NCBI RefSeq assembly: GCF_006345805.1
Contig: NC_042997.1
Coordinates: forward strand, 165,788,001 to 165,852,000
Reading direction: 5' to 3'
DNA: 64,000 nt
DNA from: Octopus sinensis
Taxonomy: Eukaryota
The notes under the pieces are model-generated. The model worked only from the letters and a program-made list of their open reading frames with translations, was not told the origin of the DNA and made no database searches. Positions 13,201 through 26,500 of the stretch are shown here, piece after piece; the stretch's first letter is position 1, and the number at the start of each line of letters is the position of its first letter. Position numbers and translations under genes: made by a program.

Positions 13201-15037
13201 AAGCAAACATTATTGTTTTAAAATTTGCATATAAAATTCTGAAATGAACCTTTAAAGTCTTAAAGCACTTTTTTAACTCGTATTTATTTTTAAAGCATTG
13301 AATGAGAACACGGCAATGTAGTCTCTAATCTCACCTTAATTTTTTTTTAAAAAAGGTGTTTTTGTGCCCTATTTTGCATATTGGGTTCCACCAAATCTAT
13401 ACTTTATATATGCTTCCTATGGCTGGATGCCCTTCCCTAACATTCACTACTCTACAAAATGTATTGGGTGCCTTTTTCTCATGGTACCAGCACAGGTGAG
13501 ATCACCATGCAACACACATTACAAAAATCCCCTTCACCAGAGTGGGGCTACATGAGAGAGAGAGAGGGGGGAGGGAGGGGCAGCTTTATGCTAGTAGATT
13601 ATGTTAAAGTATGAAAGAAAGGATGAGAATAGAACAGGTTTCTTTTTGTAGAGGAACTTCATAGTTACTCATATTATAAAAAAAGTGAATGGGAATAATG
13701 GGGTAGAGTTGGTTTCCTCATGAAATTCAGCATTACCAACCTCAACCTCCTCAGCATCAGCCTCAAATTCATTATCGTTGACTGCCTGAAATTTGGCATT
13801 GTCAGCCTCCATTTCAGTATCATCAGTCTTGATTACATTGTTGCCTATTATGATTTCTTCATTGTCAACTTCAGTTTTGCTATAGTCAACTTAAATGGCA
13901 TCACTGTTGGAGAAAGGGAATTTTTTTAGGAACAGACATTGACATCAGTGATTACTCATTGTTGAACGGTAAAAGAATATAGAAATTAAAAGTTTCATAA
14001 ATGATTGCAAGTTTTGTATAATAAAAATCGTTGCATCTTACATTTTTGTAAAGACACATAGATTCAGTATGTTAGATGTTGTGGGATGACGTCAGCAGCT
14101 GGGTGCGTTGACCGGAAGCTGGGGCAATCAGAAGGGGCAGCCGTCAGGTGTGCGCAGGCAGCGGTGAATTGGGCCTTTCCAATGTGGGTCGTCCAGGTGT
14201 CAAGACGTGTGAGGACGTCACTAAGGTTTGGGTGAGCAGCTGCTATCTTTAGTGTTCGGGTCGGGGCTGTGTCGAAGGATTAGTTATCACTGAAGGGTCT
14301 CCATCGTGAGGAAGAGAAGGTAGGTGCCTTTATATTTGAATCGCGCACACACCACAAGCTATTTCAGCAATTCTTAAACATTTACATTTCAACACGATGT
14401 CTGCAAAAATTAGGATCGCCAGCGACGTCGTCAGACCTTTTAATGGTGAAGGCGATGTAGTGGCCTGGATTCGCAAAATCAGGCTGGTGGCAAGACTGAC
14501 ACACCACAGATGTAAAACTACAGACTGTATTATATACATATAACATGACAAAAACAAAAATAAATAACCCCAGTTTAACCTTGTATTCCTTACTCCTGTT
14601 TCTTAAACTCTCTCAGAATATTTCTAAAAAAATCCAACACCATCATCGTTGGTCATCAAAGTCAGCCTAACATCAATTAATATATTTGTGTAAATACAAG
14701 GCCTGAAATTTGGGGGAGGGTTAAGTCGATTACATCGACCTCAGTCCTCAACTGGTACTTAATTTATCTGGACTGGCTCCTATGCAGTTGGCACATAAAA
14801 GAACGCCATTTGAGCTTGATCATTGCCAGTACTGCCTGAGTGGCCCTTGTGCCAGCGGCATGTAAAAGCATCCATTACACTCTTGGAGTGGTTGGCATTA
14901 GGAAGGGCATCCAGCTGTTTAAACTCTGCCAAATCAGATTGGAGCCTGGTGCAGCCATCTGGTTCGCCAGTCCTCAGTCAAACCGTCCAACTCATGCCAG
15001 CATGGAAAGCGGACATTAAATAATGATGATGATGAGG

Positions 15038-15098
<61 letters not shown>

Positions 15099-18000
15099 GG
15101 TATATATATATGTATATGTATGTATATATATGCATATATATGTATGTGTTTGTTTGACCCCCATTATTACTTGACAACTGATGTTGATGTGCTTACGTCC
15201 CCATTACTTAGCAGCTTAGCAAAAGCGACCAATAGAATAAAAAATAAGTTCTGGCTAAAACAAGTACTGGAGTTGATGATTCATTTGACTAAAAATTCTT
15301 CAGGGTGGTATTTATGCAAATATATCAATGCGATAGTATCACTGTAAAACTTAGCGCAGTGATTAGACCATACTTTGTTTTAGTAGTTAGACAGGAAGAA
15401 AGAACCACATAATTTCACTGCTCTGCTGTAAAATCAGCTAAACTTGCTGTTCCAAGTTTTTGAAAACCCTGTCAGCTAATCACAATACTTTATAGTAATA
15501 ATAAATATCTTTCAGAATTGTTGATGTTTTTTCTCCTCCTCTTTGTATTTCTCAAATACAGAAAATCTTGCCGCTCACAATATAGAAACATTTCTCATGG
15601 CACCTTGATATAAAAAGGATAGATCCTGAGTACTGTAGATATTTCCTGCAATCGGACCTGTACACAATGCAGCAAGGGATCACGGTCTGGCAACTCAAGC
15701 TAGCTGTGGACAAGTGTACCACCATGCATTTTGGGAGGAAAAACCCAGTGTCCACATACTCCCTCCACAATGTTAATATCAAGAAGTCTTCTTGTGAATG
15801 TGACCTGGGCATTACTGTCAGCAGCGATTTGTGCTGGAAAAAGCACATCTCTAAAATTGTCAAGAAGGTCAAGGGTGTCTTGGCATCACTCAGTAAGATC
15901 TTTGTCAGCCGCTCTCCAGCTATCTAAGGCTGTATATAGCTATAGTGTGGCCACACTTAGAACTTACATCACCAGTCTGGAACCCCTATCTTGCTCAGAG
16001 CATTGACCTCCTGGAAACTGTTCAGAGACATGCAACCAAGCAAACACTCTCCATCAGGCATCTACCATACTTTGAATGCCTTGCTTCCCTGGGCATGGAT
16101 TCATTGAAGGTCTGAGTTCTGGCAGCTGATTTGGTAAACACCTACAAAATTATTAACCATTGTGCCAACAACAACCTTGAGCACCTATTTGAATTCCATG
16201 TGTCTAATACATGTGGGCATGCCTACAAAGTCAGAAAACAGTACAGCTCCCATGACTTTCGGAAACATTTTTTTCACACTCAGAGTTACTGAAACATTGA
16301 ACAAATTACCTGCATTAGCTGTTAGCTGCCATAACTTTGCATCCTTTAAAACCTCCATGCTTCCTGAAATTTGCCAACATTGCACTTGATATCTCCCACT
16401 CCATATACATGCACTCATGTATATCATGACTTATACCCTATACACTTTCCTGACATTTGTACATAATTCTATGTACCATGCATGCACTTTTGATAAGTTG
16501 TAGTGCACCTGAGCACTGTACACAATAATTTCATTATTATCATTTTAAAATGGAAAAGGTGAGATTATATACATGTATATAGAACTCCAAGTACATAACT
16601 ACATTGTAGTGGTACTCTAGTAATTTAGAGTAGTAATAGTACAAGGATACCCTGCATTATGATAATTCTAGTAATGGTTGTGGAAGTTGTATTTTTTTCT
16701 GAAAAAGTTCATAGAAATGCATCACCCTTTATAACATGGAAGTCAGGATAAAAACAAGTTTGCATTGTAGAATTCTCCATGTTATGGCGAAGCTTTAAAA
16801 ATGTAATTCTTCCCCAGTACAGTGAGACTACAATATTTCGTACAGATAATTAGGACTTCAGCCAAGTAACTTCAACTTGTGAGAATATTCTATTCACTGA
16901 AACACATTTGTGTATTTTTATTGGTTTAACTTAAGTGGTAATATATAAAAACAATGTGATTAATTTGAGTGTTTTGGGGTTTTTTTTTTTATGAAAGAAA
17001 ACTTGTCAAAACAATTACAATAGTTCTAATCATTGAATTAATATTTTCTTTCTTTCACTGTATAACTTCTAATTAGAAATATGAAAGAAAAGCCTGTATG
17101 TTTCTGTGAGTTTGGATCTCAGAAGAAATGTTTTTTTTGTTTTCTTTTTTTGTTACTGATAGTTAATCCCAACAATGTAATTTTTTTAGCTGAAGTGAGA
17201 CTAATTTTCAAATGAATTTACTTAAATATTGTATTGTACACAATGACACAATACATTGTCTGAGGTTGTTTGGATTCAAGATCTTTGAGTTTGAAGTAAA
17301 GCAAGTTAACCACTATCTATCACCCATCTTAAATTAATAATCAAATATAGTTTAATAATTTTTTTAATGCTTTTAAAACAGGAAGTTCAAGCAAAGCTAA
17401 AAGATCTTCAGAAATATATTGAAGATTTAAAGAAAGATACCCAACAAACTCGCGTTGATTCAAAACAGCTTCTAGAAGAGAAATCTGAGAAGATCACTTT
17501 GCAAGAACAGGAGGTTGAAGAGTGTAACCTGCTAAAAGAAAAGCTTGGAAATATACAGGTTGTTTCTTCTATATTAATTTTTTCTGTTGGCTCTCAATTT
17601 CAAGCTTTTGAATTTCTATATCCAAGTGCAGGTGTGGCTGTGTGGTAAGAAGCTTGTTTCCCAACCACATGGTTCAGGGTTCAGTCCCACTATGTGGAAC
17701 CTTGAGCTAGTGTCTTCTACTATAGCTCTAGGCTAATCAAAGCCTTGTGAGTGGATTTGGTTGACAGAAACTGAAAGAAGCCCATTGTGTGTGTGTGTAT
17801 ATGTAAAAAGCACCCACTACACTCACGGAGTGGTTGGCGTTAGGAAGGGCATCCAGCCGTAGAAACACTGCCAGATTTGACTGGACCTGATGAAGCCTCC
17901 TGGCTTCACAGACCCCAGTAGAACCGTCCAACCCATGCTAGCATGGAAAACGGATGCTAAACGATGATGATGATGATGATGATATATATATATCATCATA

Positions 18001-20514
18001 TATATATATATATATATGTATAGAAGCTCTGCCACATCAGATTGGAGCCTGGTGTAGCCATCTGGTTCACCAGTCCTCAGTCAAATCGTCCAACCCATGC
18101 TAGCATGGAAAGCAGACGTTAAATGATGATGACATATATATATATATATATACATATACATATGTGTGTATGTGTGCGTGCATGTTTATCTTTGTATCTA
18201 TGTTTGTTCCTCTCACCACTACTTGACAACTTGTGTTGGTGTGTTTACATCCCCATAACTTAGTGGTTCAGATAAAGAGACTGATAGAGTAAATACCAAG
18301 CTTTAAAAAAATAAGCACTGGGGTTGATATATTTGATTAAAATTTCTAGGTAGTACCCCAGCATGGCCACAGTCAAATGACTGAAACAAGTAGAAGATAA
18401 AAGATAATTGATGAATTCTTTCTAAGTTGAAAAGCTGATAAGTAAAGAATGAAGATGGTGTTATATCTTATTTAAATTAGCTGTTTCCAATTACCACTTC
18501 ATAAAGTACATTAACCTTGTAAACTTTTAATCATATTTATTTAAGTATTTGGAAGCAATGAAAAGGTAAGAATATGACACTTGAGCCCTGTGCTAGTAGG
18601 GTACTAAGAGCACCATCCGAGCGTGATCGTTGCCAGAGTGACTAACTGGCTTCCGTGCCGGTGGCATGTAAAAGGTACCATTCAAGCGTGATCATTACCA
18701 GCATCGCCTTACTGGCACCTGTGCCATGTAAAAAGGTGACATGTGTAAAATGATTCAAGCGAGGTTGTTGCCAGTACCACCTGACTGGCCCCCGTGCCGG
18801 TGGCACGTAAAAGCACCCACTACACTCTCGGAGTGGTTGGCGTTAGGAAGGTCATCCAGCTGTAGAAACTCTGCCAGATCAAAATTGGAGCCTGGTGCAG
18901 CCATCCGGTTCGCCAGCCCTCAGTCAAATCGTCCAACCCAAGCTAGCATGGAAAGCGGATGTTAAACAAAGATGGTGATGATGATGACACACTTAATGAA
19001 TGGATACAAAGCTGCTGGCAATGAAGGATGAAGAACATCCCATAACAAAGTGTGCTACAGTTTCATATTAGTATCTAAATTAGTTGATATTCAGATCACT
19101 AAATGTTCAAATAAACTTGTAGTTGAAAAGTTTATTTCCAAAATTAATGAGCAGAAACATTGATTTTAATATGTAAATGAACCATCTTAGTATATATTAT
19201 TATCATTGTCATCATCATTTAACGTCTGTCTTCCATGCATGCATGGGTATGATGGTTGACAAGAGCCAGCCAGATAGAAGACTACCCCAGGTTACTGTGT
19301 CTGTTTTGGCAGGGTTTTATGGCTGGATGCCCTTCCTAACACCAATCACCCATCCAGCAGAGTGGACTCAGTGGTTTTTACATGGCACTGGCACAGGCAA
19401 CGTCATTTTTGGCATGATTTTTACAACTGGATGCCCTTCCAAATGCCAACCACTTTAGATTGTGGATTGGATGCTTTTTACGAGGCACCAGGGTCATCAA
19501 GTAACTTGCAAGACAAGACAAGAAATTTTGAGAGGGGTGGGGGCATTGGAGGAGGGGATCTTGTGTCAGATGATGAAGGATTAGAGTGTAACAGAGAGGC
19601 AGAGAGGCAGAAATATATATTACAATTATTGACAGAAAAAAATAAGCTCAAAAATTAATATTCACTAACGAGATTAAGAGTTTAGTCAATGTCATCTATT
19701 AAAAATTACTAGGGATGTCTAAGCATTTTATAGAAAAGAAAGTTTCTTAGAATATACAATTCCTCATTGCTTATTTTTTGTCTTTGATTTCATTACAATC
19801 ACACAGATGGAGCTTTATCAAATAGCATCTGAACCAAATCAAATTGCAAAAGAAGCAGATAAGATATCCAGAAAGATACAGTAAGTATATTTGGAATTTA
19901 AGGAGGTAGAATTGGAAAGTTTCAGTAGGGCATGCTAGTAAGTATTTGTCCACAAGTAGAAACATTTCTTTCTTGTAGTTTATCATCAGTATTGGTCCTG
20001 TAGCTATACATTGTCTAATAAACAGTGCTTTATGTAGTTTTTACAACAGAACAGTATTGATTTCTTCATTTGGCTCAAGGCCACAAATTTGGGGTGGATT
20101 GATTAATATCATAAAAAGGGAATGCAAAATGACAGCAATGATGATGATGATGATGACCCACTCTTCCCCATAAAAGGAAAGGCATAGTTGATCATGGCAA
20201 GATTTGAACTCAGAATGTAAAGGGATATAACTAAATACCAGAAGGTATTTTGTTTGATACTAAAAATTCTGCCAATCTACCAAGATGTGGTCATGATAGG
20301 CAATTTCCCCCAGTGTTATGTTCTGTGTTAAAAAGTAAGCTCATTATTAAATATGCCAAAATTTAATGTTATCACTATTTTTTTTTTACACAACTACAAG
20401 ATTTAAGAATTGTACAAGTTTTCTTTCTTAGTATGTCCCCTCCACATAGTGGTGCAGAAACAATTAATGGGATTGCAATGTGGACACTCCATTATTGGTC
20501 CCTTCAAAGAAGCC

Positions 20515-20572
<58 letters not shown>

Positions 20573-23500
20573 GAGAGAGAGAGATGGCTTAAGAATTTGA
20601 CTGGTACATTATTAACCTGGAACAGATGAAAGACAAAAGTTGGCTCTTAAGCAAGATTTGAGAGTGCAGAGAACTGAAAGAAATGCTACAAGGCATTCTA
20701 TCCAACAACCTAACCATAACCCTGCCAGTTTGCTTTGCTGCTTTTTAATTGTATAATTAAACAGATGCATGTAGAGTTGAGTTAATCAGGGTATTTGAAA
20801 TCTTCACACATCCACAGGACCACAGGTCTATAGAACCCACAGAATAAATTCTGGGTTTTTTCTATCTTTTGTTTCTGCAGTGTTAAATTGTCGAGAGTGA
20901 AACCATCTAGGACGCCATTCTTATGGAAACTTGTTTTAAAATTTAGGATTTAAATATGTCATACTCATTTCAAAAGCAAAAAATTTATCTGCTAAACTGA
21001 ATAGACGAAGCAACTGCACAGATTTCTTTTGGATTGTGCAAGAGTTTGTGATGCACTTAGAGATACAAAAAACACTAGCTGTGCAAAGCCATCCCACAGT
21101 CATAGTACCTTATATGTTGGTAGTAAGATTACATTCAAATTTTTTTAAACAACACTGTTTCTATCTCTCCCTCTCCTTTTGTATTCTAACAAACTTATCT
21201 GCTCACTCACCCTATCCTATTGTCTGTACTACTTTACTCTTATTCACCTCTCTGTAACTTGGGAATAGGTCCCAACACATCTGCACCATCTCCCCCTTCT
21301 TTCTTTCTATTTCTCCTCTCTTCTTACTGGATTTAGCCATGTATCTCTTCTACAGCAAGATACCTGTTTCTCTCTATCGTACTTTAAACTCTCATCACCT
21401 GGCACAAGCCACCTCCCTCGATACTACTCCCCACTTCAGGTGAGGGGTCTTGTCTTGCAAGTTACCTGGTGATCTTGCTGGTGCTGGTGTCACATGAAAA
21501 GTACTCAGTGCACTCTGTAAAGTGGTTGGCATTAGGAAAAGCATTCAGTTGTAGAAACCATGCCAAAGCAGATAGTGGAGCATGGAAAACAGATGTTAAA
21601 AGGTGATGACGATGGTAATGAAGATATTTTATTATAAAATGAGTATAACATCAGAATTTTTAAATTTGGTTATAAAAAGCATTAATAAATGGTAGGCTTA
21701 TCATATTCCAGGGATATTCTTCTGATTTAAAGTACCAATGCCACTCAAAACATTGCGTACAACCCATTGCCTCATTGCCCTAATCTTGCCAAAGTATGCT
21801 CAATGTCTCTGTAGCAGACTTCCCAAGTTTAGCACAAAATTTCACATTGGCGCTTCATTCAAACTTCCTGACCATGACCAAAAGCACAGACTACAGCATA
21901 AATGTGATCACAAAAACACAAATTTCACAACTTGTGAAATAAACACAGCAATATCACTAGGCACACTTCTTTATGAAGGTCACTGCTAGCTGTCATTGTG
22001 CAGACAACTGTATACTGCCATATGTTAGTGCATTTCAGAACAAGTCCAGAAACTTTTTGATACCACCTTGTACTAGGGAAACCTTACTGATGCAATCCTT
22101 TGAATTACAATATAGTTTTAAAGTAAAAGTAATCTGTAAAAACTCTTTGTGATAGATGCTAATTTTTTTTGTTGTTGTTGACTGACAGTGATGAGGATTC
22201 TATCAGCCTCATCCCAGAAAATTCTTGTAGGAAGGTAATAACTCCAAATATAAACTGATACAAGACACAGGGGCCTCTTTAGTCCTACTGAAGACAACCT
22301 CACTCCAGTACTGGTGGCATGATAAAATGCACCCATTCCATGCTGTAATCTGGTTCATGATAAAAACTGAAAAAGGAAAAAAAAAAGCATTGTAAAAAAG
22401 AAAAAATAGATAAATATGTAAACTGGTATATGAGAACTGTCTATCACATACAAGAATAGGAAAAGACAATATCATCATCATCGTGGTGGTGGTGGTGGCA
22501 GTGGTGGTTATACAGCAAGTATAGTGGGATGTAGATAATTAAAGAAAATTTATGGAGTTGTCTTAATACCTGCAGCCTTGTACACTAGCTCATACCTAAT
22601 TATTGAGACACATGAAATTTAGGAGAAATGTCCCTTACTTGCCTTGAAAAATATCAACCATTAAACTAATGGATTTCTTCCTTCTCTCTGTAATTATCAG
22701 TTCATGTTTACTTTCCATGCTGGCATGGATTAGACAAGTTGTCACTGACTGAGTCATTTCTTACAGGGAGCCACTGCTTTTATAAGCTGGTGAATACCAT
22801 TTAGCTTGGTTTCTATAGCTGGATGGCCTTCCTTTTGTCAATCACTTTACACTGTGTACTGAGGGCATTTTCTGGTTGCACCAGTACTAGCATGGCAGAT
22901 AAGACCTGTTATCAACTCCTCTACTCAGGAAAGAGAGAGATTGATGACAGCAGAAAGGCCAGAATCATTGAGAGAAAAGAACAAGGGGTAAAGCATAGAG
23001 CATACTTGGTAATCTAAGACATGTATTTTGACTCAAGTAACTGAGGAAGGAAATAGGAGAGGGGAAAAATAGAATGGCCAGGATCCCAAGCTCATGGATC
23101 TCAAAAGACCCGTTGTGTTTTGGATATTTAAAGAGAAAAACTTCTGATTAAGATCAGAAGGTAAATAGGAGTGACAGGTGGCTCTGCATGTTGGCTGGTG
23201 TCCTCTCCTATAGTCACTGGTTGACCAAATATCTTATGAGTTAAATTAATTAAAATCAATTTAAGTTACATATGCCCTTCCTATGTAAAACAATAAACGT
23301 TGCCCTTTTCAAGCCTAGCCAGGCTCACGGGCCTGGTTTCCCAGTTTCTGTGGTGTATGTGTTCCCCCCACCTGGACGGGACACCAGTCCATCGCAGCAT
23401 TACTCAAGAAACAGGAAGAGAGAGTGAGAGAAAGTTGTGGTGAAAGAGTACAACAGGGGTCACCACCACCCTCTGTCAGAGCCTTGTGGAGCTTTTAGGT

Positions 23501-26500
23501 GTTTTTGGTCAATAAACACACACAACGCCTGGTCTGGGAATTGAAACCGCGATCCTCCGACCACGAGTCCGCTACCCTAACTACTGGGCCATTGTGCCTC
23601 CTTTCCTATATAAATTTAATTAATTTTAATTTGTTTGGTAATTAGTTTTGTAGTATATTATTTTGCACTCTAACTGCACTATTTTCTTGTTTCCACCTTT
23701 AGAGATATTGAAAAGAAAAAAATGATTATACAGCTTGAGTTTGATGAATGTTTTGAGGTTCTGAGAAATTTAGAGAGTATAAGTATGGAACGAGACAAAG
23801 AAAAGCAGAGTCTAGTTGAAAGTATTCATAAAACTTCCTTATCAAAATCAGATATAGAGAAAAACATATATGCACTGAAGAGCTCCCTTGAACAAGTAAA
23901 AGATAAACTAGCACAAAAGTGTACAGAAAAGTGAGTATTTTTTTAAACATTATTTTATTGTCCAAAATAATAGAATGCCAAACTGGATTTACTGTAACAA
24001 GTAAAAGATAACAGACAAAAGATAGCTATTTTGAAAGATCTTGATAATATTGAAGGTAGAAGAATTTAAAAAACAAGTTCGATGTTATATTCTATTGTGA
24101 ATAATTTATAGATACAGAACAATATATTTTTCTTCCTCTTAGAGATGAAGTTGATATTTCCATTCAGCAAATGTTAAATGAGAAACAAAGGAGGTTAGAA
24201 TATGTAACCATCATGTCACGAAATATTGAAAAGGACCAGCGTGAGCTGAAGAAAGCAGAGTTGCAGGTGAAAATTGCAAAAGATAACTTAAACCATTTAC
24301 GGAATATTTTGAATAAAATTTCACAGCAGGTAAACATTCCATTAATTACATATAAATGCAATTTATTGTTTCTTCTTTTAACTTTGCACATGTTTTCCCC
24401 AATTATAGTGAGTTGGAAAGACATGGAAATTTGTATACTTGTGTTGGATATTTGAAACTGCAAAATAAAATTGATACACATATCCTCCTCCTCTTTCCTC
24501 TTCTCTTCCTCCTCTTCTCTCCTTTCTTATGGAGTACATACTATCAGCATCACTTCTAAGTCTTCCTTATTTCTTTATTGCCCACAAGGGGCTAAACATA
24601 GAGGGGACAAACAAGGACATGTTGAGTGACATGACCATGATGATGCTGGTCTCAGGTCAATTGTTGCAAATACCAAAGTTTTGTCTTTACCTAATCTCGA
24701 ACTAGAAGAACTAAAATTACTACTGCTGGGTAACTTTTGTTAGTTTTCAGGAGCAGACTTATGGCATGGTGTTAGACAATCAAATAAATTATTCAACCTA
24801 TCTTTTAGCAAGTCGATCCTTTCTTTTATTAAAGACTTGCTGTCTAAAATTTGATGTAAGTAAGAAACTTGTTGAGATTTTGGTTGCTGTATTAACTGTA
24901 TTGGGTTACTACAAAAATACTTCTGTTATCACAGGATAATTTATTCATTGATGTGAAGTATAACAATGTGTACTGTCTAAATTTTTTAAAATATAATCTT
25001 TCTCTTATTAAATTTTTATTAATAAGATTATATAAAACTTTTTCCAGAAAGAATCAGTCCCAACTGATGATGAAAATAGATCCAAAAAAATACAAGAGTT
25101 GAAAACAGAAAATGAACTAAAGTCACAACAGCTAAGTGCACAGGTAACTTGTAATAATTATCTTGAACAAATTTATCAATTTCTACTTATATTTAGAAAA
25201 CTAGATTATATTCTGTGTCACCATGTTCTATGAATCTCTTTCATTCTGCTGCTCTAATGTCTGACAGTCTGTGCAGTCTTTGCACTTGGATTATAGAAAT
25301 ATGAGAATCTTCCAGTATGAAAAGCAAGCATAGAAAAGTAAAATAATTTATTTTTTAATGGTTTAATCAGAAAAGAAAAAAATAGAGTCTATGAACCTTT
25401 TCAGGGACACCTGCCCTGATTGTCTGCAACAGAGGGATATCCTCCAAAGTTATTCAATGTCCAGGTGGTGATCTTGTATGAGTGAATGATAGGTTATAAA
25501 CCTATCACCCTGGAGTGGGAACAGTCCCATTGATGGGATTTACAGAATTTAATTTACAAAAATTCCACAAGGTTTCTCTCTACTAAATTCCACTTACAGA
25601 GCTTGTCCAAAATTCTGCATTGAAGCATTGAACCTAAGACCACAGAGTTGCCAAGCAAACTTCTTATCCCCTCAGCTACACCTGCATCCAAGTGAGAATT
25701 GAAACTTGGGTTGTATTTTGAAGTTGCTAAGAGTATTCATTGCTTTAAGGAATTGCACCATGATGATGATGATGATGGCGGCAGCGAGGAATTGCACCAT
25801 GATAATGATGGCGATGATGATGATGGTGACGATGATGATGATGGCGACGACAATGACAATGATGATGACGATGGCGACGACGATGATGATGGCCATAGCG
25901 ACGTCGATGGCGACAACAACAATGATGATGGTGATGCCGACGACGATGGTGACAATGATGACGATGGCAATGACAACAATGACGTCTGAAAATGATAACA
26001 ATAATGATGACAATTTCTTTCATACACTGAAAACTTGACTGTTACATAGAAGAGTAGAGATAGTTATACTCTTCTTATGGTCAGTCAGGTCGTAGCAGAA
26101 GAGGTTCCTATTGGGAGTCAAAATTGATGTGTGGACTAAAAACCTGCTGCAAATTATAGTGGTCTGCACTATTGTGCTCACTTTTCACTGAGGCTTCCAT
26201 CTGTCATGAATGACCCTAGATGACTCTTGTTGTTTGCCTCTCTGGAACGGCTTTGTCTATGGTTGAACTGTCTAATGTATGAATGGCAGTTTCCGCCACA
26301 CAAGCTGCATTTGTGGGCCATCCTGGTGCTGTTTGAGTTGTAGTGTTTTCTGTGGGACTGCCTTTCTACCCCAGTATTCATCAGTCTCCAGTAGGGTGCA
26401 TTTGATAGGACAAAACCTGGGTAGTATGGTATCAAGTACAGGTTGTTACCTGTGTAGCATGTCCTCACTCCCTCTCCAAGTCACTGGTGAATCCAAAGGT

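Noticed and set aside
25672-26038. Poly-D, poly-M, poly-H and poly-S ORFs
   Set aside because: All frames of one trinucleotide array, with no splice support and not needed for the CCDC146 frame.
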